A stretch of DNA of 64,000 nucleotides from a virus. The position numbers and the translations under genes are program-made. Positions 1-10,666 of this stretch are shown piece by piece; the first letter of the stretch is position 1, and each line of letters begins with the position of its first letter. The notes under the pieces are model-generated. The model was not told where the DNA came from. It worked only from the letters and a program-made list of their open reading frames with translations, and did no database searches. The stretch spans positions 1-64,000 of IMG/VR virus record IMGVR_UViG_3300027963_004416, one strand, 5' to 3'.

Positions 1-13
1 AAGAAGTAATTTT

Positions 14-21
14 TATAAATA
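14..21 (+). promoter_or_regulatory. T4-type late promoter TATAAATA for gp23
   Basis: Exact TATAAATA 38 nt upstream of the capsid ATG; gp55 late sigma is encoded in the window. Confidence 0.85.
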
Positions 22-58
22 ATTATTAACCCAAATTAAAAAGGAAGGGGACTCAAAA

Positions 59-1405
59 ATGTATTTAAATGAAGAAATTCAACAAAAATGGCAGCCTGTG
101 CTTGAGCATCCCGATCTAGACCAGATCAAGGATCCACACAAGCGTTCAGTTACTGCTACCATCCTCGAGAACACCGAGCGCGCTTTACGCGAAGCCGGTC
201 ACGTTGCTCGTGGCAGCCAAAATCTTTTTGAAGCAGGCCAACCAGTTAACTCAGTTCAAGCTGGTGACGGTTCTAGCGCTATCGATACTTTCGATCCAGT
301 ATTGATCTCTCTAGTTCGCCGTGCAATGCCTAACCTAATCGCTTATGACATCTGCGGTGTCCAGCCTATGACTGGTCCTACAGGTCTTATTTTCGCGATG
401 CGTGCTCGTTATAGCAACCAAACCAGCACCGAGACATTCTACAACGAAGTTAACACCGGCTTCTCAGCTCTACCAGGCGGTGGCAACCAAATCGGTAACG
501 TTCACTTAGGTGCACTAGGTGGTCATACAAACACCACTTCACTAGCTACCTCAGCTAACGTTAACTATAGCTCAGGTATGCCAACAGCTTCAGCTGAATA
601 CCTAGGTTCAAACAACACCTTAGTATTCCCACAAATGGCTTTCTCAATCGAGAAGGTTTCTGTGACAGCTAAGTCACGTGCTCTTAAGGCTGAGTACACA
701 ATGGAACTTGCACAAGATCTACGTGCTATCCATGGCCTAGACGCTGAGACAGAGCTTTCGAACATCCTTTCAACCGAAATCCTAGCTGAAATCAACCGTG
801 AAGTTGTTCGTACAATCTACGTTACAGCCAAGCAAGGTGCTACAGAAGGCACAACAACATCTGGTATTTTCGACCTAGACACCGACTCGAACGGTCGTTG
901 GTCAGTTGAAAAGTTCAAGGGTCTAATGTTCCAACTCGAAAGAGAAGCAAACAAGATCGCCAAGGACACAAGACGTGGTAAGGGTAACTTCGTACTCTGC
1001 TCGTCAGACGTTGCTTCAGCCCTTCAAATGGCTGGCGTTCTAGATTACGCTCCTGCTCTAAACAGCAACAACCTAAACGTTGATGATACTGGTGCTACAT
1101 TCGCTGGTGTTCTAAACGGTCGTATTCGTGTCTATATTGATCCATATTCGACAGGTAACTTCTTCATGATGGGTTATAAGGGTTCGTCACCATTCGACGC
1201 TGGCCTTTTCTACTGCCCATACGTTCCTCTACAAATGGTTCGTGCTGTTGACCAAGACACCTTCCAGCCCAAGATTGGCTTCAAGACCAGATATGGTATG
1301 GTTGCCAACCCATTCGCTGAAGGTTCAAGTGATTCAGCTCTAGGCCGTCTAGCTGAAAACACAAACGTTTATTACAGACGTGTTCTAGTTAGCAACCTAA
1401 TGTAA
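59..1405 (+). CDS. gp23: Major capsid protein (T4 gp23 family)
   Basis: Motifs DPVLISLVRRAMPNLIAYDICGVQPMTGPTGLIFAMR, KSRALKAEY, YCPYVPLQM, FQPKIGFKTRYG. Confidence 0.98.
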   Translation: MYLNEEIQQKWQPVLEHPDLDQIKDPHKRSVTATILENTERALREAGHVARGSQNLFEAGQPVNSVQAGDGSSAIDTFDPVLISLVRRAMPNLIAYDICGVQPMTGPTGLIFAMRARYSNQTSTETFYNEVNTGFSALPGGGNQIGNVHLGALGGHTNTTSLATSANVNYSSGMPTASAEYLGSNNTLVFPQMAFSIEKVSVTAKSRALKAEYTMELAQDLRAIHGLDAETELSNILSTEILAEINREVVRTIYVTAKQGATEGTTTSGIFDLDTDSNGRWSVEKFKGLMFQLEREANKIAKDTRRGKGNFVLCSSDVASALQMAGVLDYAPALNSNNLNVDDTGATFAGVLNGRIRVYIDPYSTGNFFMMGYKGSSPFDAGLFYCPYVPLQMVRAVDQDTFQPKIGFKTRYGMVANPFAEGSSDSALGRLAENTNVYYRRVLVSNLM

Positions 1406-1436
1406 TAAAATAGAAAAATAATAATAAGAAGTAACT

Positions 1437-1463
1437 AAGCCCGCTTAACAGCGGGCTTTTTTT
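1437..1463 (+). terminator. Rho-independent terminator after gp23
   Basis: AAGCCCGC-ttaaca-GCGGGCTT followed by a T run. Confidence 0.9.
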
Positions 1464-1466
1464 AAG

Positions 1467-1474
1467 TATAAATA
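1467..1474 (+). promoter_or_regulatory. Late promoter TATAAATA for gp3
   Basis: Exact consensus directly after the terminator, 5 nt before the ATG (near-leaderless mRNA). Confidence 0.8.
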
Positions 1475-1479
1475 CTATC

Positions 1480-2004
1480 ATGAGTGCAATTACTAAAATA
1501 CCAACTAATACTAATTTTCTTTCTCCTCTAGGGTTTAAGTTTAACATTAAACGAACCCCTGGGCTGAACTACTTTGTTCAATCGGCTTCTATACCTGGTA
1601 TTAGTATCGGTGTAGCAACACTTGGTACACCATTCGTTGACTTACCATTTACTGGTGTAAAGAATACATACGATGACTTAGTAGTTACTTTTAAAGTTGA
1701 TGAGGAATTGCGCAACTACAAAGAACTATTTGACTGGATGATAGCAATAAGCTTCCCAGATGATTTTACTCAGCACCAGCAAATAGTAAATGCTAGACCA
1801 GGTTCCGGGGATGGTATTTTTTCAGATGCTACTTTGACTGTGCTAAGCAGTTCTAAAAACCCTATTGTTGAAGTTAACTTTAAAAATCTATTTCCTTATA
1901 ATCTGTCAGAGCTAAAATTCAGTTCGAGTGAAACGGATGTAAGTTATATGGAAGTAGATGTCACCTTTAAGTATCAATCATTCTCTTTCAATTACTTGAT
2001 TTAA
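1480..2004 (+). CDS. gp3: Tail tube terminator / tail completion protein (gp3-like)
   Basis: NFLSPLGFKF...YFVQSASIPGI...VDEELRNYKELFDWM; position between gp23 and uvsY. Confidence 0.85.
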   Translation: MSAITKIPTNTNFLSPLGFKFNIKRTPGLNYFVQSASIPGISIGVATLGTPFVDLPFTGVKNTYDDLVVTFKVDEELRNYKELFDWMIAISFPDDFTQHQQIVNARPGSGDGIFSDATLTVLSSSKNPIVEVNFKNLFPYNLSELKFSSSETDVSYMEVDVTFKYQSFSFNYLI

Positions 2005-2050
2005 GTTGCATAGTCTATTATAATAATAGCAATTCGTTTAGGTAATTGCT

Positions 2051-2485
2051 ATGAGACTAGAAGAAATTCAAGAACTATGGGAAAGAGATAGCTGTATAGA
2101 TCGCACGGAGCTCGGTGAAGAGAGCTTACGTATACCTCAGCTGCATTCAAAATACTTTAAGATTTTCTCTAGTGAGAGAATGCTTCTAAGAAAACTGGAA
2201 GGCGAGTCAAAGATTCTATATCGACATAAGTTTGAATACTATAACGGATCATTAGACGAAAGTACGCTCAAATCAAACGGATGGGAGCCAAATCCTCTTA
2301 AAATTTTAAGATCCGATATACCGATGTACTTAGATTCTGATACCGAGCTTAGATCATATCAGAATAGAATCGAATTGCAGAAAGAAAAAGTAGAGTTCGT
2401 TGAGTCTATCATAAAGTCTCTACCTACAAGAAGCTATCAGATCTCTCAAGCGATAGCATGGGAAAAGTTTAAAGTAGGGGCTTAA
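2051..2485 (+). CDS. uvsY: Recombination mediator UvsY
   Basis: IPQLHSKY, YYNG and AIAWEKF motifs; synteny with uvsW. Confidence 0.9.
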   Translation: MRLEEIQELWERDSCIDRTELGEESLRIPQLHSKYFKIFSSERMLLRKLEGESKILYRHKFEYYNGSLDESTLKSNGWEPNPLKILRSDIPMYLDSDTELRSYQNRIELQKEKVEFVESIIKSLPTRSYQISQAIAWEKFKVGA

Positions 2486-3942
2486 TGTCAAAAATAGTCA
2501 TAGAGAAAATTAATGATGTAGTTATTAAAGCCCACTGCGATCCAGATGTAGCGCAGGAGCTTTCTGACTATTTTACATTTTCTGTTCCAGGAGCACGCTT
2601 CCTGCCCGCCGTGCGCCGCAAGGTGTGGGATGGTAAAATAAGACTTTTTAGTTCTGCCACGCGTACCATATACGCAGGCCTGAGACTTCACATTGAACTC
2701 TTTGCCCGGGAAAGAAACTACGAAGTAGATTTCTTAGATAGAGAGCATTTTCTTGATCAAGAATTTTCACTAGTAGATGCAAAAGAATATATTAAGTCAC
2801 TTGAACTTACTTTAGAGCCTAGAGACTATCAGATAGAAGCGTTTGCGCATGCGGTAAGAAATAGACGATGCGTGCTATTATCTCCAACTGCATCGGGTAA
2901 ATCGTTAATAATTTATATACTGAGTAGGTATTTCTATAAGAAGAAAACTCTTATAGTCGTACCTACTACTTCCCTAGTACATCAAATGGCATCTGACTTT
3001 GAGTCATATAGTGGTATGGATTCGAATAAGTTTGTTCATAGAATCCTATCTGGAGCAGAGAAGGATACTGAATTGCCTTTTGTCATCTCTACCTGGCAGT
3101 CCATCTATAAAATGCCAAAGAACTGGTTTAGTCAATTCGATACAATTATAGGGGATGAAGCTCATCTATTTAAAGCTAAGAGCTTGACATCTATAATGTC
3201 AAAACTTATTGACTGTCCTAACAGATTCGGCTTTACTGGTACACTAGATGGTACACATACTCATAAACTAGTTCTTGAAGGTCTATTTGGACCAGTAAAG
3301 AGAGTTACATCTACTGCTGACTTGATGGAGCAAAATCATCTTGCAGAACTTAAAATAAAAGCTATCATACTTCAGCATTCCGATTCGGCAAAGCAAATAG
3401 TTAAGAATGCAGACTATCATACTGAGATGGACTATATAGTATGTAATCCAGCGAGAAATAAGTTTATAACTAATCTAGCGTTGTCTCTTGAAGGCAATAC
3501 ACTCCTTCTTTTCCAGTACGTTGAAAAGCACGGCAAAGTTCTTTACGATATTTTAAAGCAAAGCGGCAGGGAGGTATACTTCGTATCAGGCGAAGTAGAT
3601 GGTGAGATTAGAGAAGATATAAGACTTGCAGTTGAGAAAAGCGAAAATTCAATCATAGTAGCATCCTACGGTACATTCTCAACTGGAGTTAATATTAAAA
3701 ACCTTCATAACGTCATATTTGCTAGTCCTTCGAAGTCAAGAATTAGAAACCTTCAGTCGATAGGTAGAGGTCTTAGAAAGAGCAGTACTAAGAATACCGC
3801 TACACTGTATGATATTGCAGATGACCTAACCTGGAAATCAAAGAAGAATCATACTATACTACACTTCGCAGAACGAATAAAGATTTATAATGAGGAAAAG
3901 TTCAATTATAAAATCTATAACATAGGACTTAAGGACTCATGA
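2485..3942 (+). CDS. uvsW: SF2 helicase UvsW
   Basis: WDGKIRLF, SPTASGKS, DEAH, TGT, QSIGRGLR. Confidence 0.95.
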   Translation: MSKIVIEKINDVVIKAHCDPDVAQELSDYFTFSVPGARFLPAVRRKVWDGKIRLFSSATRTIYAGLRLHIELFARERNYEVDFLDREHFLDQEFSLVDAKEYIKSLELTLEPRDYQIEAFAHAVRNRRCVLLSPTASGKSLIIYILSRYFYKKKTLIVVPTTSLVHQMASDFESYSGMDSNKFVHRILSGAEKDTELPFVISTWQSIYKMPKNWFSQFDTIIGDEAHLFKAKSLTSIMSKLIDCPNRFGFTGTLDGTHTHKLVLEGLFGPVKRVTSTADLMEQNHLAELKIKAIILQHSDSAKQIVKNADYHTEMDYIVCNPARNKFITNLALSLEGNTLLLFQYVEKHGKVLYDILKQSGREVYFVSGEVDGEIREDIRLAVEKSENSIIVASYGTFSTGVNIKNLHNVIFASPSKSRIRNLQSIGRGLRKSSTKNTATLYDIADDLTWKSKKNHTILHFAERIKIYNEEKFNYKIYNIGLKDS

Positions 3943-4325
3943 TTACACTAATTAAGCTCATAGATGGTACTGAGATCGTCGGAGAATCAACTCAGACTGG
4001 TGATAAGGTAGTAGTAAATAATCCCTTACAGATTAATTACTTTGTGCGTTCGCCTGCTGCTCCACCGGTTATCTCAATGCATAGATATATGCCTTTTGCA
4101 GGCAATACAAAGTTTTCATTTTATATTGATCATATTGTAACACAGACTGATCCTAAGCCGAGCATGGAACAGTTTTACAATGCTACTCTAAGAGATATTA
4201 CAGAGTACATGGACCCAGCGCTCGATACAACACTATCAGAAAAAGCTGATGCGCTTTTAGAAGATACAGGTGATATTGCACAGGCTTTAATAGAAAAAAT
4301 GATAAAGAAGCCTTATCTTAACTAA
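3939..4325 (+). CDS. Conserved T4-like hypothetical (Sm-like N-terminus)
   Basis: IKLIDGTEIVG start; usual position between uvsW and gp55. Confidence 0.6.
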   Translation: MITLIKLIDGTEIVGESTQTGDKVVVNNPLQINYFVRSPAAPPVISMHRYMPFAGNTKFSFYIDHIVTQTDPKPSMEQFYNATLRDITEYMDPALDTTLSEKADALLEDTGDIAQALIEKMIKKPYLN

Positions 4326-4897
4326 TGAATAATTACTACGTCGATAATAAGAAGCTCTATGCTGAAATGGTAGAGTATAAGAAACTAGTTACAGAACACG
4401 AACAGTCAAACGGTAAGATAGGTAAGCCTGTTGTACCTCGATATGTTGGTAGCTGTATTTTAATGATCGCAAATAGACTATCTTTAAAGCCTAACTTTAT
4501 TAATTACTCATACCGAGAAGAGATGATTAGTGATGGTATAGAGAATTGTATTACCTATATCGATAATTTTGATCCTAATAGAACAAATAATCCTTTCGCA
4601 TACTTTACTCAGATAATTTACTTTGCTTTCTTGAGACGTATACAGAAAGAGAAGAAGCAACTTTATATTAAACATAAGTCACTAGAAAACTCTATTATAT
4701 TAAACACCTTATCAGATGTTAACGATTTTGATGATGGGGAGTTCGATTCACCTGGATATGAGTTTGACAATCAAAATATGTCCGACTTTATTAGAAATTT
4801 TGAAGACGGTATAGAAAAGAAGAAGAAGAAAAGAAAACAGGGTTTAGAAGTTTTCCTTGAGGAAGAACAAGAAAATGAAGATAGCGATAGTAACTGA
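4325..4897 (+). CDS. gp55: Late-transcription sigma factor gp55
   Basis: YVDNKKLY, PNFINYSYREEMISDGIENC, NPFAYFTQIIYFAFLRRI. Confidence 0.95.
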   Translation: MNNYYVDNKKLYAEMVEYKKLVTEHEQSNGKIGKPVVPRYVGSCILMIANRLSLKPNFINYSYREEMISDGIENCITYIDNFDPNRTNNPFAYFTQIIYFAFLRRIQKEKKQLYIKHKSLENSIILNTLSDVNDFDDGEFDSPGYEFDNQNMSDFIRNFEDGIEKKKKKRKQGLEVFLEEEQENEDSDSN

Positions 4898-5945
4898 TAC
4901 TCATTATGGAGCCCGGGGAGATAGCTCTTCGTTCTCTAATTTTTTTGCTAAGTTTTATAACGAAGTATTTTTTCAGTATATAGATGAGCATAAGATTGAT
5001 ACTGTACTCCATTTGGGGGATGTATTTGATAGACGTAAGTACATTAACTTTGCGTCGCTAAAGCATTGCAAAGAATACTTCTTTGATAATCTGGCGAAGA
5101 GGAATATTAAGACACATATCATCGCAGGTAATCACGACACATTTTTTAAGAATACAAACGATGTTAATTCACCCGACTTATTGCTCGGTGAATACCCTAA
5201 CATTACCACTTACAGTACCCCACATGAATTAAATCTCGACGGCACTGATATCCTTCTAATGCCATGGATATGTTCTGGCAACTATAACGATTGTTTAAAA
5301 GCCATAGATGATACGAAGAGCCAGCTACTCTTCGGTCATTTCGAGATAAGTGGATTTGAGATGTATAAAGGTTCGTTTAACGACGGGGGCTTTAGCTCCG
5401 ATACTTTCTCAAAGTTTGATATGGTACTATCTGGCCATTTTCATCACAAGTCATCACGACAAAATATTCATTATCTAGGTACACCTTACGAAATTACCTG
5501 GTCTGATTATGACGACCAGAAGGGGTTTCATATTTTTGACACACATACACGGGAGCTTACATTTGTTCCTAATCCTTTAAGAATGTTTTATAAAGTGTGG
5601 TATGATGATGTCAATAAGTCAATGGAAGAAGTTATTGTGGATAATTTTAATCAATATCGCGATAGTATTGTTAAAGTTGTGGTTAAGAATAAAACAAACC
5701 CTTACTGGTTTGATCTTTATATCGAAAAATTAGAAAAGAGCGGTGTGATAGATTTACAGGTAGTAGAGGATCATCTTAACTTAAATCTAGAAGATGATTC
5801 AGATATAATTAACGAAGCAGAAGACACCATAACAATACTCAACAAGTATGTCGAGCAATTGGAACTGAGTACAGATAAAATAAAACTTGAAAATCTATTA
5901 CGTAGTCTTTATAATGACGCTGTATCCCTTGAGCACAGTCTTTAA
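4875..5945 (+). CDS. gp47: Recombination endonuclease subunit gp47 (Mre11/SbcD-like)
   Basis: DTHYG, GDVFD, GNHD, SGHFH; start moved to MKIAIV. Confidence 0.93.
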   Translation: MKIAIVTDTHYGARGDSSSFSNFFAKFYNEVFFQYIDEHKIDTVLHLGDVFDRRKYINFASLKHCKEYFFDNLAKRNIKTHIIAGNHDTFFKNTNDVNSPDLLLGEYPNITTYSTPHELNLDGTDILLMPWICSGNYNDCLKAIDDTKSQLLFGHFEISGFEMYKGSFNDGGFSSDTFSKFDMVLSGHFHHKSSRQNIHYLGTPYEITWSDYDDQKGFHIFDTHTRELTFVPNPLRMFYKVWYDDVNKSMEEVIVDNFNQYRDSIVKVVVKNKTNPYWFDLYIEKLEKSGVIDLQVVEDHLNLNLEDDSDIINEAEDTITILNKYVEQLELSTDKIKLENLLRSLYNDAVSLEHSL

Positions 5946-7660
5946 TGATATATTTTAAAAATATACGCTGGAAGAACTTTCTTTCAACAGGCAATACGTT
6001 TACTGAAATAGACTTTACTCGTAACCGTTCAACTCTTATTGTAGGAGAGAATGGTGCTGGTAAATCTACTATTCTCGATGCTCTTGCATTTGCGCTTTAC
6101 GGCAAACCGTTTCGCAAGATTAACAAGCCTCAATTAATTAATACTATTAATCAGAAGAATCTCGAAGTTCATCTCGAGTTTAGCATTGGTAGGTATGATT
6201 ATAAAGTCATCAGAGGTATTAAGCCTAACGTATTTGAAATATACCAGAATGGCAATCTAATTAATCAGAGTTCGGAAAATAAAGAGTATCAAGAGATGTT
6301 TGAGAAAAGTATTCTCAAACTTAACTTTAAGTCATTCTCACAAATCGTCATATTAGGTAGCGCGTCGTTCGTACCGTTCATGCAACTACCAGCTGCACAC
6401 CGTAGAGAAGTTATTGAAGATCTACTTGATATTCAGATTTTCTCTACTATGAATACTCTCCTTAAAGATAGGGTTGTTACTAATAAAAATGATATAGTTG
6501 ATAATGATTACTTAATCAAGAGTCTTGCAGAAAAGATAGAGCTGCACAAAAAGCATATTGACTCAATGAAACAGAATAATGATGAACTTATTGAGCAAAA
6601 GAGAGTAAAGATAGCTGAATATGAACAGCAAATAATTACAGTTAATGAGAAAATACAGGAGTGCTCGACTCTTTCAAGTGCTTTAGATGCTGATGTAAAT
6701 CAGATAGAAGTTCTACGAGAAAATGATAGAAATCTGCGTGAACTCTATCGCAAGATGTACGAGAAATCAGTTAAGCTTATTAAAGAAAGTAATTTCTATC
6801 GAGACAACGATAATTGTCCTACGTGTAAGCAAGGTATTTCTCACGACTTTAAGGAACATGTTCTTAGCGATAATGATAATGTTGTTGGCGAAATTAGTGC
6901 AGGGCTAGGTCAAATGGATCGCAAGCTCAATCGTATTAATGAAAAGATTAGTCTTTATTCTAAGTCGTTTGAAAGACAGCAAGAACTACAAAAGGAAATT
7001 ACAGAGCATCATAATGCCGTTACAGTATGCAATGAATTTATAAAAGGACTTAATGCTGAGATATTGCTACTACAGAACAATACAAAGCATATTGATGCAG
7101 GTAATGAAGAGGTTAAAGAATTAAAAACTAACCTCAAAGATGCGTTAACTCGTAAAGAAAACCTAACTGAAGATAGAAAGCTACTAGATGTAGCTGGTAT
7201 TCTTCTTAAGGATTCAGGTATTAAGACGAAGATTATTAAGCAGTACGTGCCTGTTATGAATAAGCTTATTAACAAGTACCTGGCGGCTATGGACTTCTTT
7301 GTTAATTTTGAATTGAATGAGAATTTTGAAGAAACTATTAAATCGAGGTTTAGGGATGAATTTAGTTATGAATCTTTTAGCGAAGGTGAAAAGATGCGTA
7401 TTGACCTTGCTCTACTCTTTACCTGGAGAGCAATTGCTAAGCTGCGCAATTCTGCTAGTACTAATCTTCTTATCATGGACGAGGTTTTCGACAGCAGTCT
7501 AGATAATTCAGGTACAGATGAGTTCTTAAAGATTATTCAAACTATCACCGCAGATACTAATATCTTTATTATTAGTCATAAAGGTGATCAGTTATATGAT
7601 AAGTTTCATAGCGTTATTAAATTTGAAAAGCATAAAAACTTTAGCAGGATGGCAGCATGA
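5945..7660 (+). CDS. gp46: Recombination ATPase gp46 (Rad50/SbcC-like)
   Basis: GENGAGKST, CPTC hook, FSEGEKMRIDLALLF, DEVFDSSLD. Confidence 0.95.
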   Translation: MIYFKNIRWKNFLSTGNTFTEIDFTRNRSTLIVGENGAGKSTILDALAFALYGKPFRKINKPQLINTINQKNLEVHLEFSIGRYDYKVIRGIKPNVFEIYQNGNLINQSSENKEYQEMFEKSILKLNFKSFSQIVILGSASFVPFMQLPAAHRREVIEDLLDIQIFSTMNTLLKDRVVTNKNDIVDNDYLIKSLAEKIELHKKHIDSMKQNNDELIEQKRVKIAEYEQQIITVNEKIQECSTLSSALDADVNQIEVLRENDRNLRELYRKMYEKSVKLIKESNFYRDNDNCPTCKQGISHDFKEHVLSDNDNVVGEISAGLGQMDRKLNRINEKISLYSKSFERQQELQKEITEHHNAVTVCNEFIKGLNAEILLLQNNTKHIDAGNEEVKELKTNLKDALTRKENLTEDRKLLDVAGILLKDSGIKTKIIKQYVPVMNKLINKYLAAMDFFVNFELNENFEETIKSRFRDEFSYESFSEGEKMRIDLALLFTWRAIAKLRNSASTNLLIMDEVFDSSLDNSGTDEFLKIIQTITADTNIFIISHKGDQLYDKFHSVIKFEKHKNFSRMAA

Positions 7661-8181
7661 TATATGAATTAGTTAAACCTGATCATCATCTTCTCTTTAC
7701 TAAGTTGGAGAGATTTAACTTTACTGAACCACCTATTCATCCAGTTGAATTAGCTAATAACCTTATCGAGACTATGGTTCACAATAAAGGAATCGGTCTC
7801 TCAGCTAATCAAGTAGGATTACCTTACAGAGTGTTTGTTCTACATTCAGTAGAGCCCTTAGCTTTATTTAATCCTTCGATTGTTGACTCGACTACTGAGG
7901 AAGTAAAACTAGACGAGGGGTGCTTAACGTATCCTAATTTATTCTTACCAATTAAAAGACCATCGGTAATTAAGGTCAGGTATCAAGATGCATTTGGTGA
8001 ATTCCATACGGAAAAGTTTATCGGAATGACCGCGCGATGCGTACAACATGAGCTTGACCATTTAAACGGTATCGATTATACTAAGAGAGCTAATGCAATT
8101 CATTTAACAAGAGCTCTTAATCAAAAGAAGATTCTTGATAGGAAAGTTAAGAAGCTAAAGCAGATTGGCCGAGCTATATAA
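7657..8181 (+). CDS. def: Peptide deformylase
   Basis: GIGLSANQVG, EGCLT, QHELDHLNG. Confidence 0.93.
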   Translation: MIYELVKPDHHLLFTKLERFNFTEPPIHPVELANNLIETMVHNKGIGLSANQVGLPYRVFVLHSVEPLALFNPSIVDSTTEEVKLDEGCLTYPNLFLPIKRPSVIKVRYQDAFGEFHTEKFIGMTARCVQHELDHLNGIDYTKRANAIHLTRALNQKKILDRKVKKLKQIGRAI

Positions 8182-8217
8182 TTTATCGTGCCCTTCCACG
8201 TTAACTAGGAGTGAAAA

Positions 8218-9075
8218 ATGTCAAAAATTAAAGTCGCAGAGCTTTTTTATAGCCTGCAAGGTGAAGGGCGCTTTGTAGGTGTGCCTTCAATCTTTTTAAG
8301 AACTTTCGGTTGTAACTTCCAATGTGCCGGATTTGGCATGCCACCAGGACAGCTGAGTGATGAGAGAGATAATGTTGCTAGCCAAATTTCTAATTATAAA
8401 CTCTATGAAGAGCTTCCTCTGGTTCATACTGGATGTGATTCTTATGCTAGTTGGGATCCTCGTTTTAAGCATCTTAGTCCTGTACGATCTACTGACGAAA
8501 TTGCTCAAAAGATTTTTGAGCTGCTTCCAGAACGAAAATGGAAAAAAGAGCATTTAGTTATTACTGGCGGAGAGCCTCTTCTAGGATGGCAGCGTTCGTT
8601 CCCTGATCTTATCAAGCGCGCTGATTTCATCTACGATCTAGAAAACCTTACGTTTGAAACGAACGGTACTCAACCTTTAACAGAAGATTTTAAATACTTC
8701 TTGTTTGAAGAATTTACTAGATTTGGCCGTAACTTTGATCGACTTACATTCTCAGTATCAGCTAAACTTCCATGCTCAGGTGAGAAGTGGGAGGATGCTA
8801 TCAAGCCAGAAATTGTTCACGACTATCAAGGTATTGGTCATACCTATCTTAAGTTTGTAGTTGCGACGGAAGAAGATATTGAAGATGCTAAAAAGGCAGT
8901 TAAAGAATTTAAAGACGGCGGCTTTATCGGTGATGTATATTTGATGCCTGTTGGTGGTACAGAGCAAGTTTATTATTTAAACAATAAACAAGTAGCAGAG
9001 CATGCTATGAAATTAGGGTGGAGATACTCTCCGCGATTGCAAGTAGATATTTGGAGAAACGCATGGGGGACATAG
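8218..9075 (+). CDS. queE: 7-carboxy-7-deazaguanine synthase (radical SAM) QueE
   Basis: ELFYSLQGEG, GCNFQC...GCDS, ITGGEP, ETNGT. Confidence 0.9.
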   Translation: MSKIKVAELFYSLQGEGRFVGVPSIFLRTFGCNFQCAGFGMPPGQLSDERDNVASQISNYKLYEELPLVHTGCDSYASWDPRFKHLSPVRSTDEIAQKIFELLPERKWKKEHLVITGGEPLLGWQRSFPDLIKRADFIYDLENLTFETNGTQPLTEDFKYFLFEEFTRFGRNFDRLTFSVSAKLPCSGEKWEDAIKPEIVHDYQGIGHTYLKFVVATEEDIEDAKKAVKEFKDGGFIGDVYLMPVGGTEQVYYLNNKQVAEHAMKLGWRYSPRLQVDIWRNAWGT

Positions 9076-9497
9076 GAACCTATGAATTTACATTTGCTGA
9101 GTTTAGTTCAGCCATAGACGAACTAGTAGAGCAAATTAGAAAGAAGAAAATTAAGTATAATTATATCGTAGGCTTAACTAGAGGCGGTCTGATACCTGCT
9201 ACTATTCTAAGTCATAAGCTCGATGTCCCTATGCTAGCAAGCAATTGGGACACTGACCGTAAGAAGCCATCCATTACATTGATGGATATTCTCGATAATC
9301 CTAGAAATAAGGTCCTACTTGTAGATGAAATTTTAGATACGGGTAAGACTATTCAATCGTTTATGGAGATTCACGGCAAGACAGATGTAGCAGTGATAGT
9401 ATGGAACAAAGAACAGCCGGTAGTTCCAGACTACCATTACATGACAATACGGCGATCAGAATTTAGTGATTGGATTGATTTTTGGTGGGAGAAATAA
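9063..9497 (+). CDS. Type I phosphoribosyltransferase (Gpt-like)
   Basis: GLTRGGLIPA and PRPP loop VLLVDEILDTGKT; WIDFWWE end. Confidence 0.85.
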   Translation: MGDIGTYEFTFAEFSSAIDELVEQIRKKKIKYNYIVGLTRGGLIPATILSHKLDVPMLASNWDTDRKKPSITLMDILDNPRNKVLLVDEILDTGKTIQSFMEIHGKTDVAVIVWNKEQPVVPDYHYMTIRRSEFSDWIDFWWEK

Positions 9498-9498
9498 T

Positions 9499-9966
9499 AT
9501 GGGAAAGTTTTATAGTACTAAGACATACGGTAATGATCGAGGTCTAAGTTGTTGTTTTAGACAATGGAAAAGTACTCACAGTCATTGCTGTCTCTTGCAC
9601 GGATATTCTATTGGCGTGCATGTTACGTTTGAATGTGATAGTCTAGATGACCGCAATTGGGTTATGGACTTTGGTGGGCTGAAGGAGTTTAAAGAATGGC
9701 TAGAATACATGTTTGACCATACTTTAATTCTAGCAGAAGACGATCCGGAACTTAATACGCTTAAGCAGCTGCACGGTATGGGTGTAGCAGATGTTAGAGT
9801 AGTACCTGCTGTGGGTTGTGAGCGGTTTGCGGAGCTTGCCTATAATCAGCTTGCATTAATGCTGGATGACTGGAGAGAAAATGGAACTCTACTTAACCCC
9901 ACCGTGCGTGTAAGGTCAGTAGAAGTATTTGAGCATGCGGGTAACTCAGCATTTTATGAAGGTTAA
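9499..9966 (+). CDS. queD: 6-carboxytetrahydropterin synthase QueD
   Basis: HCCLLHGY, WVMDFGGLK, FDHT, VEVFEH. Confidence 0.9.
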   Translation: MGKFYSTKTYGNDRGLSCCFRQWKSTHSHCCLLHGYSIGVHVTFECDSLDDRNWVMDFGGLKEFKEWLEYMFDHTLILAEDDPELNTLKQLHGMGVADVRVVPAVGCERFAELAYNQLALMLDDWRENGTLLNPTVRVRSVEVFEHAGNSAFYEG

Positions 9967-9968
9967 TA

Positions 9969-10652
9969 ATGAAGTATACTGAACTGTTGCGTAATAAACT
10001 CATTAACAACAAGATAAGGTATTGGGCCGGTGATAATATTTCCTCAATTCTCAATGATGCAGATCGTGAATTTATTATTGAAGAGGCTACAAAAGCGTTT
10101 GAAGGAGTACTGGATGCTTTGCTCATTGACCGGGAAAATGACCCAAACTCAAAGGGAACAGCGAAAAGACTAGCTAAGATGTATGTTCAGGAAATTATGG
10201 CTGGTAGATATTTTCCTAGACCAGATGCTACCTCGTTCCCTAACGTAGGTAATGCTGCATACAAAGGGATGCTTGTAGTCAGGTCCGAATTAAAGTCAAT
10301 GTGTTCGCATCATCATCAGCCCGTATCCGGTGTTGCTTATATTGGTATTATTCCTGAGGATAAGGTTATAGGGCTTTCAAAGTACACGCGTATTGCGCAG
10401 TGGTGTGCCCGGCGTGGAACTTTGCAAGAAGAACTCTGCAACGATATTGCTCGCGAAATTAAAAGTGCTACGGGTAGCAAAGACGTAGCGGTTTATATTC
10501 AGGCTACTCATGGGTGCTGTGAGAATAGAGGTATTGGTGCTCATTCATCTCTTACTCAAACAACCGTACTTAAAGGCCAGTTTAAAGAGGCAGATGTAAA
10601 GAAAGAGTTTTTTGATAACGTAAAGCTGCAACAAGAATTCGCACCCCGTTGA
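9969..10652 (+). CDS. folE: GTP cyclohydrolase I
   Basis: SMCSHHHQP, GLSKYTR, LQEEL, HGCCENRG. Confidence 0.93.
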   Translation: MKYTELLRNKLINNKIRYWAGDNISSILNDADREFIIEEATKAFEGVLDALLIDRENDPNSKGTAKRLAKMYVQEIMAGRYFPRPDATSFPNVGNAAYKGMLVVRSELKSMCSHHHQPVSGVAYIGIIPEDKVIGLSKYTRIAQWCARRGTLQEELCNDIAREIKSATGSKDVAVYIQATHGCCENRGIGAHSSLTQTTVLKGQFKEADVKKEFFDNVKLQQEFAPR

Positions 10653-10666
10653 GTTAAATACGCAGA